Virus record (IMG/VR): IMGVR_UViG_3300023174_000033
Coordinates: 310,001 to 374,000 of that record
Reading direction: 5' to 3' (one strand)
Length of the DNA stretch: 64,000 nucleotides
The position numbers and the translations under genes are program-made. The notes under the pieces are model-generated. The model saw only the letters and a list, made by a program, of their open reading frames with translations, searched no databases and was not told where the DNA came from. This document shows, in pieces, positions 41,413 through 51,636 of the stretch (positions within the stretch are counted from its first letter, which is position 1; each line of letters opens with the position of its first letter).

Positions 41413-41448
41413 ATAATCAAGAGTTTATTATAATTAATATATAAACTC

Positions 41449-43701
41449 ATGGGTAATAGTCCTTTTTTTCAGTACGAGAGTCCGAATAATCCTAACAGGA
41501 TAAAAGCTATATCAGATATTAATGCGTCTGTGAATCCTGGATTTAAAAAGGGTAAAAGTACTAGTACCGACGCGAGTGGGAAAAAATATCCGTTAGGATT
41601 TACTCCACCGGTTGATTTTTACGTATCCCAAGCTGATTTTGAATTTAGAACTGGAGATGATGATTTGGGTTCAATAAATCCAAATGATACTGGATTATTC
41701 ATTTCAAAAAGAAAGAAAGGGGGTGTTGATTTGGTGACCGGAAGACATATAGAATATGGTAGAAGTATAACTTATAGAACAGATGATGACCAAATTGCAA
41801 TATTGGGAGTAGGTAACACTGTAAAAACACTTGGTAACGGAGCGCCCATAAATTATTCAAAAAATTATCTTGGACAAGGTGGTCCCGCTTTTTCTCCAAG
41901 AGCTGGATATATTGTTCCTGACCAATATAGTGCACAAGCTGCTGAAAAAGGATTGACTACTTCACCGATTGAATATGGTAATGTTTTTTTACCTAACTAT
42001 TATGATAATCCAAAATTTTGGATACAATCAAAAATTTGGAACAGATTAGAGAGCAAATATGCGGTATATGATAACTCTGCACATTTTTCGAGGAAATATT
42101 TTACACACATACTTGATTATTTCCAAGATGATAATACAAATACTCTAGAAAATTATAGCCTACCAAGTACTCCAAAGTATATAAACGAAACAATTATCAG
42201 AGCTTTCTCTGATAATAAAGCTTTTGATTTGGGACAATTCAATTTTGTTGGCAGTCCATTTTATCTACAAACATCATATGACAACGAGGATCCGACTTAT
42301 TTTGGTTTTAATGTGGTTCTTAAAACAGATAGATCTCCACTTTTTAATCAGGGTGTAGTTAAGGGCACAGAAGGTTTATCAGAATTTTTAACAATTTTCG
42401 GAGATCTAGACGGAGAAATCAATGCTAGAAAAATAATTTACGAAAAATTCCGCAAACAAATATTCAGATTTTTCAATACTAATCAACCTTCGGAAGATGA
42501 TTCAAAAAATGCTAAATCATATTACATACAAAACATCACAGGTCTTAATAAATTAGTGGAAAATTTCACTGATGTTGAATCAAAACAATTTGCTGATTTT
42601 GGTAAAGACTTAATTACATTAGATTTTGTTGAAGATGTTAGTCAAAATATAGGATACTTGGCTAGTCTTTATAGGTTTTTAAGTTATTCAAAAATGAAGG
42701 GAAAGGTTATTATACCTGAAAATTTATTGAGATTTGATGTAGATATTGAGGTTACTGAAATCAGAAATATGAATCGTCAAGTTGTTGACCCGAATGACAA
42801 AACTAGAATGCTTATTTACAGTGATAAGATTTCTAGGTATGTGTATTCTTTATATGAGTGTAAATTAAAATTTGAGGGTATGCCACATGGTGATACTATT
42901 AAAAATGGTGATATTGGTACTGAAGCGGAAACATTCAAGATAAATTTTGACTATAAATTTTCAACCATGAAGTTTGACAAATTTTCTGGAAGAATAAGAT
43001 ATGATGAGGATAACAGAGCAATTATTGAAAAATTCACTATTGATAATGGTGAATATTACAAAGGAAGACTTGGCGATAAAGGATCTGATGAACTTAAATC
43101 CGTTCTAACTTCATACCAAAGAGATACCGGAGACTATTCACCGGTGGAATTCCAAGAGTATAAAATAGAACAATCTCATGCAAATTACATTTCGGATAGA
43201 TTGAACAATGAAAATCGGTACAAGGGTATTGAACCTTTGGAGCCAAAAACACTGCTTGGTAGACCTAGTCAACCAGATGAATTGCCAGCAAATAGAGATG
43301 CTCCAACAGATCCCGATCAAAATGATTTATCATATGGAGAAGAGGAAGGGGAAGCTCAATCTTTGGCTGATATAATAAAGGCACAGAGAAGTAATGAAAG
43401 AGAAAGAAGGTCTGAAATTGCAAATGAGGAATTGAGATATGGTGGATTTTCCAAAGCTTTTGACCAATTAAAAGCAGCATTAGCTAATGCTGCTATACGT
43501 CAAGCAAATAGAGTTATAATTACACAAGCAGCTTTACTAAACAAAACGATTGAAAATATTAGAAATAGTGTACCATACGCAGGTAGAATGAGTGAACCTA
43601 CAAATGTTTATACTGGCAACAATGCTTTCAAAAATGACGCTATCAATGCGGCAAGGGATTTTGCTAGTAACTTAATTAGAGGTGCATTCACAAGAAGATA
43701 A
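41449..43701 (+). CDS. Tail/baseplate structural protein (tube-like domain)
   Basis: 750 aa in the baseplate operon, TAATATATA upstream; YIQNITGL...ITLDF.ED...IPENLLRFD. Confidence 0.45.
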   Translation: MGNSPFFQYESPNNPNRIKAISDINASVNPGFKKGKSTSTDASGKKYPLGFTPPVDFYVSQADFEFRTGDDDLGSINPNDTGLFISKRKKGGVDLVTGRHIEYGRSITYRTDDDQIAILGVGNTVKTLGNGAPINYSKNYLGQGGPAFSPRAGYIVPDQYSAQAAEKGLTTSPIEYGNVFLPNYYDNPKFWIQSKIWNRLESKYAVYDNSAHFSRKYFTHILDYFQDDNTNTLENYSLPSTPKYINETIIRAFSDNKAFDLGQFNFVGSPFYLQTSYDNEDPTYFGFNVVLKTDRSPLFNQGVVKGTEGLSEFLTIFGDLDGEINARKIIYEKFRKQIFRFFNTNQPSEDDSKNAKSYYIQNITGLNKLVENFTDVESKQFADFGKDLITLDFVEDVSQNIGYLASLYRFLSYSKMKGKVIIPENLLRFDVDIEVTEIRNMNRQVVDPNDKTRMLIYSDKISRYVYSLYECKLKFEGMPHGDTIKNGDIGTEAETFKINFDYKFSTMKFDKFSGRIRYDEDNRAIIEKFTIDNGEYYKGRLGDKGSDELKSVLTSYQRDTGDYSPVEFQEYKIEQSHANYISDRLNNENRYKGIEPLEPKTLLGRPSQPDELPANRDAPTDPDQNDLSYGEEEGEAQSLADIIKAQRSNERERRSEIANEELRYGGFSKAFDQLKAALANAAIRQANRVIITQAALLNKTIENIRNSVPYAGRMSEPTNVYTGNNAFKNDAINAARDFASNLIRGAFTRR

Positions 43702-43713
43702 TTCTTAAATGTT

Positions 43714-45222
43714 ATGACTAGAGATGAATTAAAGAAAACAATTTTTGTAGGGGTAGTTGAAGAAAATGATGACCCAAAACGTCAGGGACGAGTAAGAGTA
43801 AGAGTAACTAATATTTTTGATGAAATACCCGTTGAGGATATACCTTGGGCAAAACCTTGGAAAGATTTGAACGGAAATGCTTTTTCAATTCCAGATAAAG
43901 GTAAAGTAGTGAGTGTGGTATTTGATAGTGGGTCAATTTATAGGCCAGAATATATTTACGCGGAACATTATAATATAAATTTAGAAGAGAAGTTAAAGGC
44001 TCTATCAAAAAGTGATTATCCAACTTTTAAGGCTACATTATTTGATCACTCAACTCAAATATACAGGTCAAAATCCGAAGGTTTAAAAATGGACCATGAG
44101 TATACCAACATAAATTTGGACAAAAGTGGAAATATAAATCTGAATTTGAGAGATAACAAATCTTATGTTTATGTAGGTACAAATAAGAGTGACCAAGAAG
44201 CTGTTTTGGGTACACACTTTATGACATGGATGGATAAATTTATGGATGTTATGTCAGCTACTCCTTATATTGGTAATTTGGGAGCTCCAGTGGTTGCTAG
44301 TCCAGCTCTTTTAGCAATTGCAGCAGAATATCGGGCTTCTAAACAACCTTTATTTTTGTCAAAACACATATGGTTAGTTGATAACTTTGCAGTTACAAAA
44401 CAAAAAAGAAAATATGAAGACCAAGCTGGAGACACTTGGAAATCAACGGTCACTCCGAATGAATTGACAAAAAGAAATGTGCCTGTTCCGCCAGATCCAA
44501 ATGAACCTACAGATCCAAATGAAGAGGGCAAACCAAGTGGGGCAGATGAAATTGATAATAATGATGTGAGTCCTGGATTCTTTGAGCCTACAATTAGAAA
44601 TGAGCAAAGAATTAAAACAATTTCAGTTTCAAATTACGAAAATGGTAAAATACCACTTGAAAAAATGGTTGTTAATAAAAACCTAGCTAATTCCCTTACT
44701 GGCACAAGTACATATTTAATGCCAGAAGCTTCTGCGGCATTTGATTCAATGATGGCAGCTTATAATAAGAGTTCTTTCAAAGGAAAACAAGCAGTAACAT
44801 TTACAAGTGGATATAGAACCCTTGAAAAGCAACAACAGCTATCTTCTGGCAAATACAAAGATCAAGCCGCCAAAGCTGGTACGTCTCCTCACGGTTGGGG
44901 ATTAGCAGTTGATTTTTGGTGGGGGGTTCCAACAAATTTATGGAAGAATCAAGATGCTAGAAGAGCTGCGTTCCGCCATCCAGTTTACAAATGGTTTTAT
45001 GAAAATGCTCCAAAATTTGGTTGGTATAATCCAAAAGCTTTGAGAAATGATGACGGACTAGATGAGTGGTGGCACTGGGAATACCATCCAGAATTCAAAG
45101 GTAAATCGCATAATCAAGTACAAGGACAACCACAAAATTATAATGCAGAATTCAGTCAATCAGATGTAGAACTTTTGAGAAATAACGGAGCAACATTCAA
45201 ACTCAAAGGAAATTGGGCTTAA
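43714..45222 (+). CDS. gp5-like baseplate central spike fused to an M15B (VanY-like) peptidoglycan peptidase
   Basis: N-terminal OB fold GVVE.NDDP..QGRVRVRV...IPWA; C-terminal SGYRT..Q, SPHGWGLAVD and EWWH. Confidence 0.85.
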   Translation: MTRDELKKTIFVGVVEENDDPKRQGRVRVRVTNIFDEIPVEDIPWAKPWKDLNGNAFSIPDKGKVVSVVFDSGSIYRPEYIYAEHYNINLEEKLKALSKSDYPTFKATLFDHSTQIYRSKSEGLKMDHEYTNINLDKSGNINLNLRDNKSYVYVGTNKSDQEAVLGTHFMTWMDKFMDVMSATPYIGNLGAPVVASPALLAIAAEYRASKQPLFLSKHIWLVDNFAVTKQKRKYEDQAGDTWKSTVTPNELTKRNVPVPPDPNEPTDPNEEGKPSGADEIDNNDVSPGFFEPTIRNEQRIKTISVSNYENGKIPLEKMVVNKNLANSLTGTSTYLMPEASAAFDSMMAAYNKSSFKGKQAVTFTSGYRTLEKQQQLSSGKYKDQAAKAGTSPHGWGLAVDFWWGVPTNLWKNQDARRAAFRHPVYKWFYENAPKFGWYNPKALRNDDGLDEWWHWEYHPEFKGKSHNQVQGQPQNYNAEFSQSDVELLRNNGATFKLKGNWA

Positions 45223-45224
45223 TA

Positions 45225-46862
45225 TCAAATGTTCATCTTGAGTACCTTATATGGATACTCTCTCTTTTTATAAAACTTTTCTCTTTCCAAGAAATGTTTA
45301 TAGAGTATATTGTTCATATTATTTGAATCAAACACATCCACTAAATCAAAAATCGTTGCAACTTTCTTTTGGTTGTGTTTTCTTAAAGCTCTTCCGATTG
45401 ATTGGATTATTATTTGTTCAGATTTGAAAGAATCAGCAAATATAACATTGAAAATCGCATTTATTGACACACCTGTTGATAATGTGCCATAAGATGCGAC
45501 TAGAACTTTAACATTACCATCAGTTTTTTCCATTTCCTTTTTTATAAACTCTCTTTGTTTATTATTTACTTCACCATCAATATAAAAGAATTCTTTATTT
45601 GATATTTCCGATTTCAATTTATTATAAATTTTGGTTCCATACTCAATCGTATGGAACAATAGGAGAGTATTGGAATCACATTTATCAACAATTTTCTTTA
45701 TAAAATCTAATCTTTTATCAGATTGTTGTATGAATTCTTTTTCAAACCTAAAAGCATCAGCACCAGCTCCCATCTTTTTTATATAGTTCAATCTTTCATT
45801 AATCTCACCGGAATCATGATTGAGGATAACCGCTTTAATATTCATCGGAGTGATTGTGCCAGTATCCACAAGTGTTTTAGCATCAATTTTAGTCACATTT
45901 GGACCCAATACTGATTGTATTGTTAAAATCTCAAGACTATCATCCGATGGAAATGTACCACTTACACCAAACCTATTATAAGCGTGTGTAAATGTCCTTT
46001 TTAATATTGAAGTAAGTGTTGTAGATTTTGCACCGTGAGCCTCATCACAAGCAACTGTGTGAAATTGTTTAAAAAATTCTTTTGGCCATTTTTCTAATGA
46101 TTGATAACAACCAATGTAAATGTTTGGTTGAGTGGGACCTGAATATTTTCGTGGCTTATCACTCATTATTTCTTCCATTCGGATATGACAAGGATTATAA
46201 TTTTCATTTGATTCTTGAATCCTCTCAATTTTATGTTCTCTGAAATCTAATACATCACTAAATTTCTCAAGAAAATTTGAACCATAATTGTATTCCATTA
46301 TATTTTCATAAAATTGTGTAACAAGGGTAATTGATGGCACAATAATTAAAAATTTAGCATCAGGTTCTATGTTTTTCAACACATAAAAAATGATAATTGA
46401 TATAACTAAAGATTTACCACCAGAGGTAGCAACCTCGGCCATACAATATCTATTCTTTAATATTTTATAAGCAGTTTCAATTTGATAATCATAAGGTGTA
46501 AAAGGAATCCATTCACCGGTATTTTTATTTTTCATTTTATGGTCCTTGAAAAATTCTTCACAGAACTCCTTCACGGACTCCAACGTAACATCACGATTCA
46601 GTGGGAATTCATCTTTATTTTCAATTTTGAAACTTACTCCTATTTCTTTACAAGCTTTGAAGCATTCTCTCCACAATCCAAAATTAACCTTACCGTTATC
46701 AAAATAAGATTGTTGACCATTCCAAACTCCCATCTTAAATGCGGGCATAAACCGATAACCTTTTACATGGCGTGTAAGCCAAAGGTTAAGTTGGTGATAT
46801 TCAGTTCTAGTTGATTCTTGAACTAATAATTTTTCTTCATTTTGGTCGTATTTGAGAATCAT
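45225..46862 (-). CDS. uvsW: UvsW-like SF2 DNA helicase
   Basis: PYDYQ, ATSGGKS, DEAH, SGT, STGVSI and QSIGRALR. Confidence 0.9.
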   Translation of the reverse strand: MILKYDQNEEKLLVQESTRTEYHQLNLWLTRHVKGYRFMPAFKMGVWNGQQSYFDNGKVNFGLWRECFKACKEIGVSFKIENKDEFPLNRDVTLESVKEFCEEFFKDHKMKNKNTGEWIPFTPYDYQIETAYKILKNRYCMAEVATSGGKSLVISIIIFYVLKNIEPDAKFLIIVPSITLVTQFYENIMEYNYGSNFLEKFSDVLDFREHKIERIQESNENYNPCHIRMEEIMSDKPRKYSGPTQPNIYIGCYQSLEKWPKEFFKQFHTVACDEAHGAKSTTLTSILKRTFTHAYNRFGVSGTFPSDDSLEILTIQSVLGPNVTKIDAKTLVDTGTITPMNIKAVILNHDSGEINERLNYIKKMGAGADAFRFEKEFIQQSDKRLDFIKKIVDKCDSNTLLLFHTIEYGTKIYNKLKSEISNKEFFYIDGEVNNKQREFIKKEMEKTDGNVKVLVASYGTLSTGVSINAIFNVIFADSFKSEQIIIQSIGRALRKHNQKKVATIFDLVDVFDSNNMNNILYKHFLEREKFYKKREYPYKVLKMNI

Positions 46863-46957
46863 TTAAGTAGCTATGATTTATATAACAAAAGAAAAAATGG
46901 TTTTTTCCGAGGGGAAAGAGATTATTTAAGATATATATAAGAAAATATTGAAAAATT

Positions 46958-47230
46958 ATGGGTTTTTTTAAAAGTTTAAAAAATTTCTTTGGTTTTGGTG
47001 AAGTAGAAACCGAGAAGCAACCTTCAGAAATGGAATATACTCCAAAAAATGAAGAGCAAAATGAGGTGGAAGTTAAACAAGAAGTTGTTACAACCGAAGT
47101 TCAGGTTGAAAACACTACTACAGTTGGGGATATAAAATCTAAATCAAGAAAAAATAAACCATCGGAAGGAACAGAGGGTAAAGAAAAACCCAAAAGACCT
47201 AGGAGAAAACCAAAACCAAAATCTGAATAA
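46958..47230 (+). CDS. Hypothetical protein (amphipathic N-terminus, basic tail)
   Basis: 90 aa ORF with upstream TATATA and a downstream terminator. Confidence 0.55.
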   Translation: MGFFKSLKNFFGFGEVETEKQPSEMEYTPKNEEQNEVEVKQEVVTTEVQVENTTTVGDIKSKSRKNKPSEGTEGKEKPKRPRRKPKPKSE

Positions 47231-47260
47231 AATAAACCCCTATATGGGGGTTTATTTTTT
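47230..47260. terminator. Bidirectional terminator
   Basis: AATAAACCCC-TATATG-GGGGTTTATT between convergent genes. Confidence 0.75.
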
Positions 47261-47911
47261 TCTAATTATATCATCAATCATACCATATTTCAAAGCTTCA
47301 TCGGATGTCATCCAATAATCTCTATCAGAGTCCTTTTCTACTTTTTGATAATCCTTTCCAGTACATTCTGAAATTATAGTGTGCAATTCCCTTTTAAGGG
47401 AATTTATTTCTCTTGCATCAATTTCCAAATCGGAAGCTTGTAAATAACCACCAAATCCAGCTAATGGTTGGTGAATCATAGTCCTTGACCTACGAAGTCC
47501 CTTTCTTTTACCCTTGGTTCCTGAGCATAACAGGACAGCTGCCATACTTGCTGCTAATCCAGTGTTTATGGTCACGATATCTGGCCTCACATACTCCATA
47601 GTGTCCAATAGTCCAAGTCCACTGTAAACAGAACCACCACCGGAATTTATGTAAAGTTTTATATCTTTCTCATCGTCTAATTGCTCAAGATAAAGTAAGT
47701 TTGCTTTAATCAAATCACAATTATAATCTTCAATATCACCAGTCAAGAAAATTATCCTCTCATTCAATAATTTCGCAAATACATCATTTTGTAAACCAAG
47801 GCTCAAATTATCAGAAAGATATTCTGAAGATTTGGACTGGTATTGTTTTAGATATCCAGAATCAACCTTATTTGACTTTAGATATTTTTTATAGTCTGTT
47901 GAATTTATCAT
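47252..47911 (-). CDS. clpP: ATP-dependent Clp protease proteolytic subunit
   Basis: ERIIFL, YINSGGGSV, GLAASMA (catalytic Ser), MIHQP (His) and DRDYWM..EA..YG.ID. Confidence 0.95.
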   Translation of the reverse strand: MINSTDYKKYLKSNKVDSGYLKQYQSKSSEYLSDNLSLGLQNDVFAKLLNERIIFLTGDIEDYNCDLIKANLLYLEQLDDEKDIKLYINSGGGSVYSGLGLLDTMEYVRPDIVTINTGLAASMAAVLLCSGTKGKRKGLRRSRTMIHQPLAGFGGYLQASDLEIDAREINSLKRELHTIISECTGKDYQKVEKDSDRDYWMTSDEALKYGMIDDIIRKK

Positions 47912-48007
47912 CGTAAGGATATATATCTAAAATCTCAAATAAGTCCACTAAAAAAGATTGTGTAAAAAAAGATTTGTTATTTTAATATATAAAAATAAAA
48001 ATTTATT

Positions 48008-48346
48008 ATGAAAACTACAATTGAAGTTGGTGGATACGAAATTATGATTGAGGAGATGGAAGGTAATATCACAGTTTCAGCCTCAAAAGAAGGTGAAGTT
48101 GTTGAAGAATTTGAACTTGCTGCTGAAGATTTTGAATCCCAAGGTGGTGAAATGGGCGACGACGATGAAATGATGTCTTTTGGTGACGAGGACATGGAAG
48201 AAGAAGGTGACTTCGGTGAAGAAGATATGGAAGAAGGTGAAGAAGAAGAGGGCGAAGAATTCGGTGAAGAAGAAGAAGAAGAAGAAGAAGAAGGTGAGGG
48301 CAAATTAGAATCATTTTCATTCTTTGTTAAGAACAGAAAAAAGTAA
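48008..48346 (+). CDS. Highly acidic Glu-rich protein
   Basis: Poly-E/G/D tract encoded by GAA repeats; TAATATATA upstream. Confidence 0.65.
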   Translation: MKTTIEVGGYEIMIEEMEGNITVSASKEGEVVEEFELAAEDFESQGGEMGDDDEMMSFGDEDMEEEGDFGEEDMEEGEEEEGEEFGEEEEEEEEEGEGKLESFSFFVKNRKK

Positions 48347-48347
48347 T

Positions 48348-49442
48348 ATGATAAAACTCTTTGAAGAATTTTCCGGTGGTGTAGAATTGCATTACTACGC
48401 ATTCGATTGGGATGATAATATTCTACACATGCCTACTAAAATCCTTATGGATAAAAAGGTTGGTGAAGGTTGGAAACCCGTATCAGTATCAACTGCTGAA
48501 TTTGCAGAAGTTAGAAATGACAAGGAAAATTATAGATTGAGGGATAATAATCCAACTGTTGCTTTTTCAGAGTTTAGAGATTCTGGAGCAAGAGGTGATG
48601 TGGCTTTTATAGAAGATGTTAAATCTGCTCTTAAAACTAGAGCTTTTGCTCCATCTTGGAATGCTTTTATAAAGTGTTTATCAGAAGGTGCAATTTTTGC
48701 AATAATAACAGCTAGAGGACATGAACCAAAATCTATTAGAGCTGGAGTTGAGCTTGTGATTGATGATATTTTGACTAAAATGCCATCTTTAAATCCAGGG
48801 TTTTCTCTAGCCGATGATATGTATCAAAACTTGAAAAAATACGAGTATTGGTTCACCACTGATCAAAACAAAGAATCATCACAGTTGAAGGGTAAACCAT
48901 CATCTAATCCGATTGTTAAAAAATACTTGGATTCTTGTAGTTTCTTCGGTGTTAGTTCTGATAGTTTCGCTAAAGAATTCGGAGAGGCAAGTGCTTCAAA
49001 TCCGGAAATTGCAAAAGAAATCGCTTTGAATTATTTTGTGGAAAGATGTAATGATTTTGGAAGTAGAATTGGAGCTAAATCAGTATCAATTGGTTTTTCT
49101 GACGATGATCCAAAAAATGTAGAACACGTAGAAAAATTCTTCAAAGAAAAATTGCCAAACATGAAGGGTGGATTCAAATTTAGTTTGATAAAAACCACTG
49201 ACCCAAAAATAAAGGGTGGTGAAATGACAAAATTCACCGAAACATCACACCAACCAACTGGAATGGAAAGTTCAATATTACCATTCACAAAATGGAATAA
49301 CATGACACAAAGGCTTTATCCGTCCTCCAAAGATGCTCCTGCCGATGATTACCATAATCAAATGAAAAATAATATTGGTCAGACAACTGATCTTTTTAAA
49401 AAGTTCGCTTTCAAAAGAAAAAAAAACAAAAAAACAAAATGA
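48348..49442 (+). CDS. HAD-superfamily phosphatase-like protein
   Basis: AFDWDDN (motif I), IITARGH (II), K (III) and GFSDDD (IV). ATG at 48348. Confidence 0.7.
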   Translation: MIKLFEEFSGGVELHYYAFDWDDNILHMPTKILMDKKVGEGWKPVSVSTAEFAEVRNDKENYRLRDNNPTVAFSEFRDSGARGDVAFIEDVKSALKTRAFAPSWNAFIKCLSEGAIFAIITARGHEPKSIRAGVELVIDDILTKMPSLNPGFSLADDMYQNLKKYEYWFTTDQNKESSQLKGKPSSNPIVKKYLDSCSFFGVSSDSFAKEFGEASASNPEIAKEIALNYFVERCNDFGSRIGAKSVSIGFSDDDPKNVEHVEKFFKEKLPNMKGGFKFSLIKTTDPKIKGGEMTKFTETSHQPTGMESSILPFTKWNNMTQRLYPSSKDAPADDYHNQMKNNIGQTTDLFKKFAFKRKKNKKTK

Positions 49443-49822
49443 AACATTTAAAAACTTTTGAATCCTTTGGGATGAATATGTCCAAAGAACAAATGTGTGA
49501 ATATTTATCTAAATGTGGTTACGACATTATAGACTTGGAAGGTTGTTCTGTTGAAGAGTTACACGCTATGTGTATGGGTGAAATGCAATCCGCTCCTATG
49601 CAAGAAAAAAAGAAGTGGATTCAGGATACAAAAATGAAAAAAGGTGCTCTCCACAAGCAACTTGGGTACGACGAGGATGAAAAAATTCCTGCAGGTGTCC
49701 TCAAAAAGATTGTAGATGGTGAAGTTGGTTCAAAAGTAAAAATCAAAGGTGAGGAACATACAATCACCGCCTTAATGAAGAAAAGAGCTAATTTAGCTAA
49801 AACTCTAAAAGGGTTGAAATAA
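49439..49822 (+). CDS. Hypothetical protein, probable internal virion protein
   Basis: MKHLKTFESF N-terminus; KKWIQ...KGALHKQLG...RANLAKTL module. Confidence 0.55.
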   Translation: MKHLKTFESFGMNMSKEQMCEYLSKCGYDIIDLEGCSVEELHAMCMGEMQSAPMQEKKKWIQDTKMKKGALHKQLGYDEDEKIPAGVLKKIVDGEVGSKVKIKGEEHTITALMKKRANLAKTLKGLK

Positions 49823-49827
49823 AAGTG

Positions 49828-49854
49828 GAGAGTCTCAAGATTGAGACTCTTTTT
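49828..49854. terminator. Terminator
   Basis: GAGAGTCTCAA-GA-TTGAGACTCTTTTT. Confidence 0.7.
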
Positions 49855-50158
49855 CATTTAGGATAGTCTCAATATTAATTTCTCGCAGTTTTTCTTTGGT
49901 GATTAACTTGTAAACCGAGTTTCTGGTTCTAAATGTAAATTCATCTTCTATTTTTACAACTTTCGTAGTAGAAAATGGCATTGGTAACATTTTACCAGCA
50001 AGTATTTCTGTAATAATAAAAAAGTTGAAACGTTGCCCCACTTCTGGTTCATCATAATAATACCCATAAAACCTATCACCAACATTTACATTTCGTGATT
50101 CTTTTATGATTTCCATTTTTTCTAACCAACCGTAAGATTGTTCTAATACTGGTTCCAT
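49835..50158 (-). CDS. Hypothetical early protein
   Basis: STTKV.KI....F.T.NSVYKL followed by a C-terminal LREINIETIL. Confidence 0.55.
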   Translation of the reverse strand: MEPVLEQSYGWLEKMEIIKESRNVNVGDRFYGYYYDEPEVGQRFNFFIITEILAGKMLPMPFSTTKVVKIEDEFTFRTRNSVYKLITKEKLREINIETILNEKESQS

Positions 50159-51060
50159 TATATTCTTTTTATTTTTTCTTCTTGTAAAGATAGTAAAAAT
50201 TTCTCAACATAACTCGGATTATATAATTTTTTTATTATGAAGTAGTTTTTTGTCGCAAATTCTCTGAACCAACCTGAACAAAGAGTTGTGCAAATCCTCA
50301 TAAGTGCCCAATCAAAAGCTTCATCACTTGTATATCCCTTACCACCACCGAATAACATAGGTAGTATTTTTCTCTCAAGTGCTATAACATAAGCCTCTTC
50401 TAAAACACATTTACACTTATCTTCATAACTTAAAATTATCCATTTGTTCAAATGGCATTTAGCTTGTGTTTTATCTTCTTGTAACTTTTCATACAGTGGT
50501 AAATCATAATGAGCCATAACCTTATGAATATCGTCATGTATAAAATAAGAATCTACATAGTCTTGTGACTGGTCAAAAAAGTCTTTTACACTTTTATTTA
50601 GTGAGGGTGTTTTTAATTTACCAAGTCTTTTTTCAGTTTCGGAATAATTTATTTTTGTTATATGTTCCAATTCATCAATCCCATCCAACTTATCATTCAA
50701 AAAACAAAAATCATGTATATGTTTTTTAAATTTTATTGGAAAGTGGATATGACTTTTTTTGATTGAGTAAAGAACCTCTTTGGAAGCAAAAGTATTATCT
50801 TTATCATATTCCAAATATAGTTTAAGAGATTGGAAATTTTCAACAAAAATAACTTCCACATTATCTGAATCATAAATATCCGTTTTATTTTTGATATTTT
50901 TCAGAATAGTGGTGTGTTCTGTTTCAATGATCTCAACTGGTTCCAAAAGATTTATTAAAAAATTCAAATCAGATTTGTATCCAATTACATCAATATCCCT
51001 TGTACTCCTAGGGAAATTAGGAAAGTGAAATTTTAAAGCTTTTGAACCTATTATCAACAT
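50158..51060 (-). CDS. Phage nucleotidyltransferase-like protein
   Basis: IIGSKAL...RDIDVI (GS + DxD), LYSIKKSH, FF...HDDIH and EE.YV.ALER. Confidence 0.5.
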   Translation of the reverse strand: MLIIGSKALKFHFPNFPRSTRDIDVIGYKSDLNFLINLLEPVEIIETEHTTILKNIKNKTDIYDSDNVEVIFVENFQSLKLYLEYDKDNTFASKEVLYSIKKSHIHFPIKFKKHIHDFCFLNDKLDGIDELEHITKINYSETEKRLGKLKTPSLNKSVKDFFDQSQDYVDSYFIHDDIHKVMAHYDLPLYEKLQEDKTQAKCHLNKWIILSYEDKCKCVLEEAYVIALERKILPMLFGGGKGYTSDEAFDWALMRICTTLCSGWFREFATKNYFIIKKLYNPSYVEKFLLSLQEEKIKRI

Positions 51061-51326
51061 TATAAAAAAGAATTTTCGTAATCGTAACTTGAATCATCGC
51101 TGTAGTAATCATAATCTTCCTCTTCTCTGAAAGATTTTTCATCATCAAGACGCATTAGAACAATTGGATCTAAAATATCTTTTGATACTTTAACATCTAA
51201 CTTTGAATCTTTAGCTTGTTCAATTAGTTCTTCTAATTTCTTTTCAGCTTGTGTTTGTGAAATGAATTTTTCTCTAGCATCGGTCAGCAATGTTGAGAGT
51301 TTTTTATAAAATTCTATAATTGTCAT
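51060..51326 (-). CDS. Hypothetical protein with an acidic tail
   Basis: 88 aa, translationally coupled to its neighbours. Confidence 0.55.
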   Translation of the reverse strand: MTIIEFYKKLSTLLTDAREKFISQTQAEKKLEELIEQAKDSKLDVKVSKDILDPIVLMRLDDEKSFREEEDYDYYSDDSSYDYENSFL

Positions 51327-51592
51327 TTTTTTAAAATATCGTCTATTATGTGTTTTCTAAATTCATTTTTTGGAACAAATCTCATGTGGTCATACCAAGT
51401 TTTCTCACCAATGTCATTTTCAATTATCAATGTTAATTCATCGCCGTATTTTTCATAAACGTCTTGATTATCTGTTGTGGAATGTCTATAAACTTCAATA
51501 ATTTGGTACTCTTTACCAATAGTTAAAGTAGCTCTTGAGTTTATCACACAAACAACTTGTTCCCCTTTCTTATAAAGTATGTCGGATTGCAT
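51323..51592 (-). CDS. Small SH3-like LTxGKxY protein
   Basis: VVC...LTIGKEYQI...IENDIG...Y...RF. ATG 51592 or GTG 51601. Confidence 0.55.
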   Translation of the reverse strand: MQSDILYKKGEQVVCVINSRATLTIGKEYQIIEVYRHSTTDNQDVYEKYGDELTLIIENDIGEKTWYDHMRFVPKNEFRKHIIDDILKK

Positions 51593-51605
51593 TTTTTTCA
51601 CTCTA

Positions 51606-51636
51606 CAAAAGTATAAAAACTTATTATGATTTCAAA
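51606..51636 (-). promoter_or_regulatory. Bacteroidota-type primary sigma promoter
   Basis: On the minus strand: TTTG, 19 nt, TACTTTTG. Confidence 0.7.

Noticed and set aside
47977-48402. Poly-Ser and poly-Leu minus-strand ORFs
   Set aside because: Antisense shadows of the GAA-rich acidic gene.
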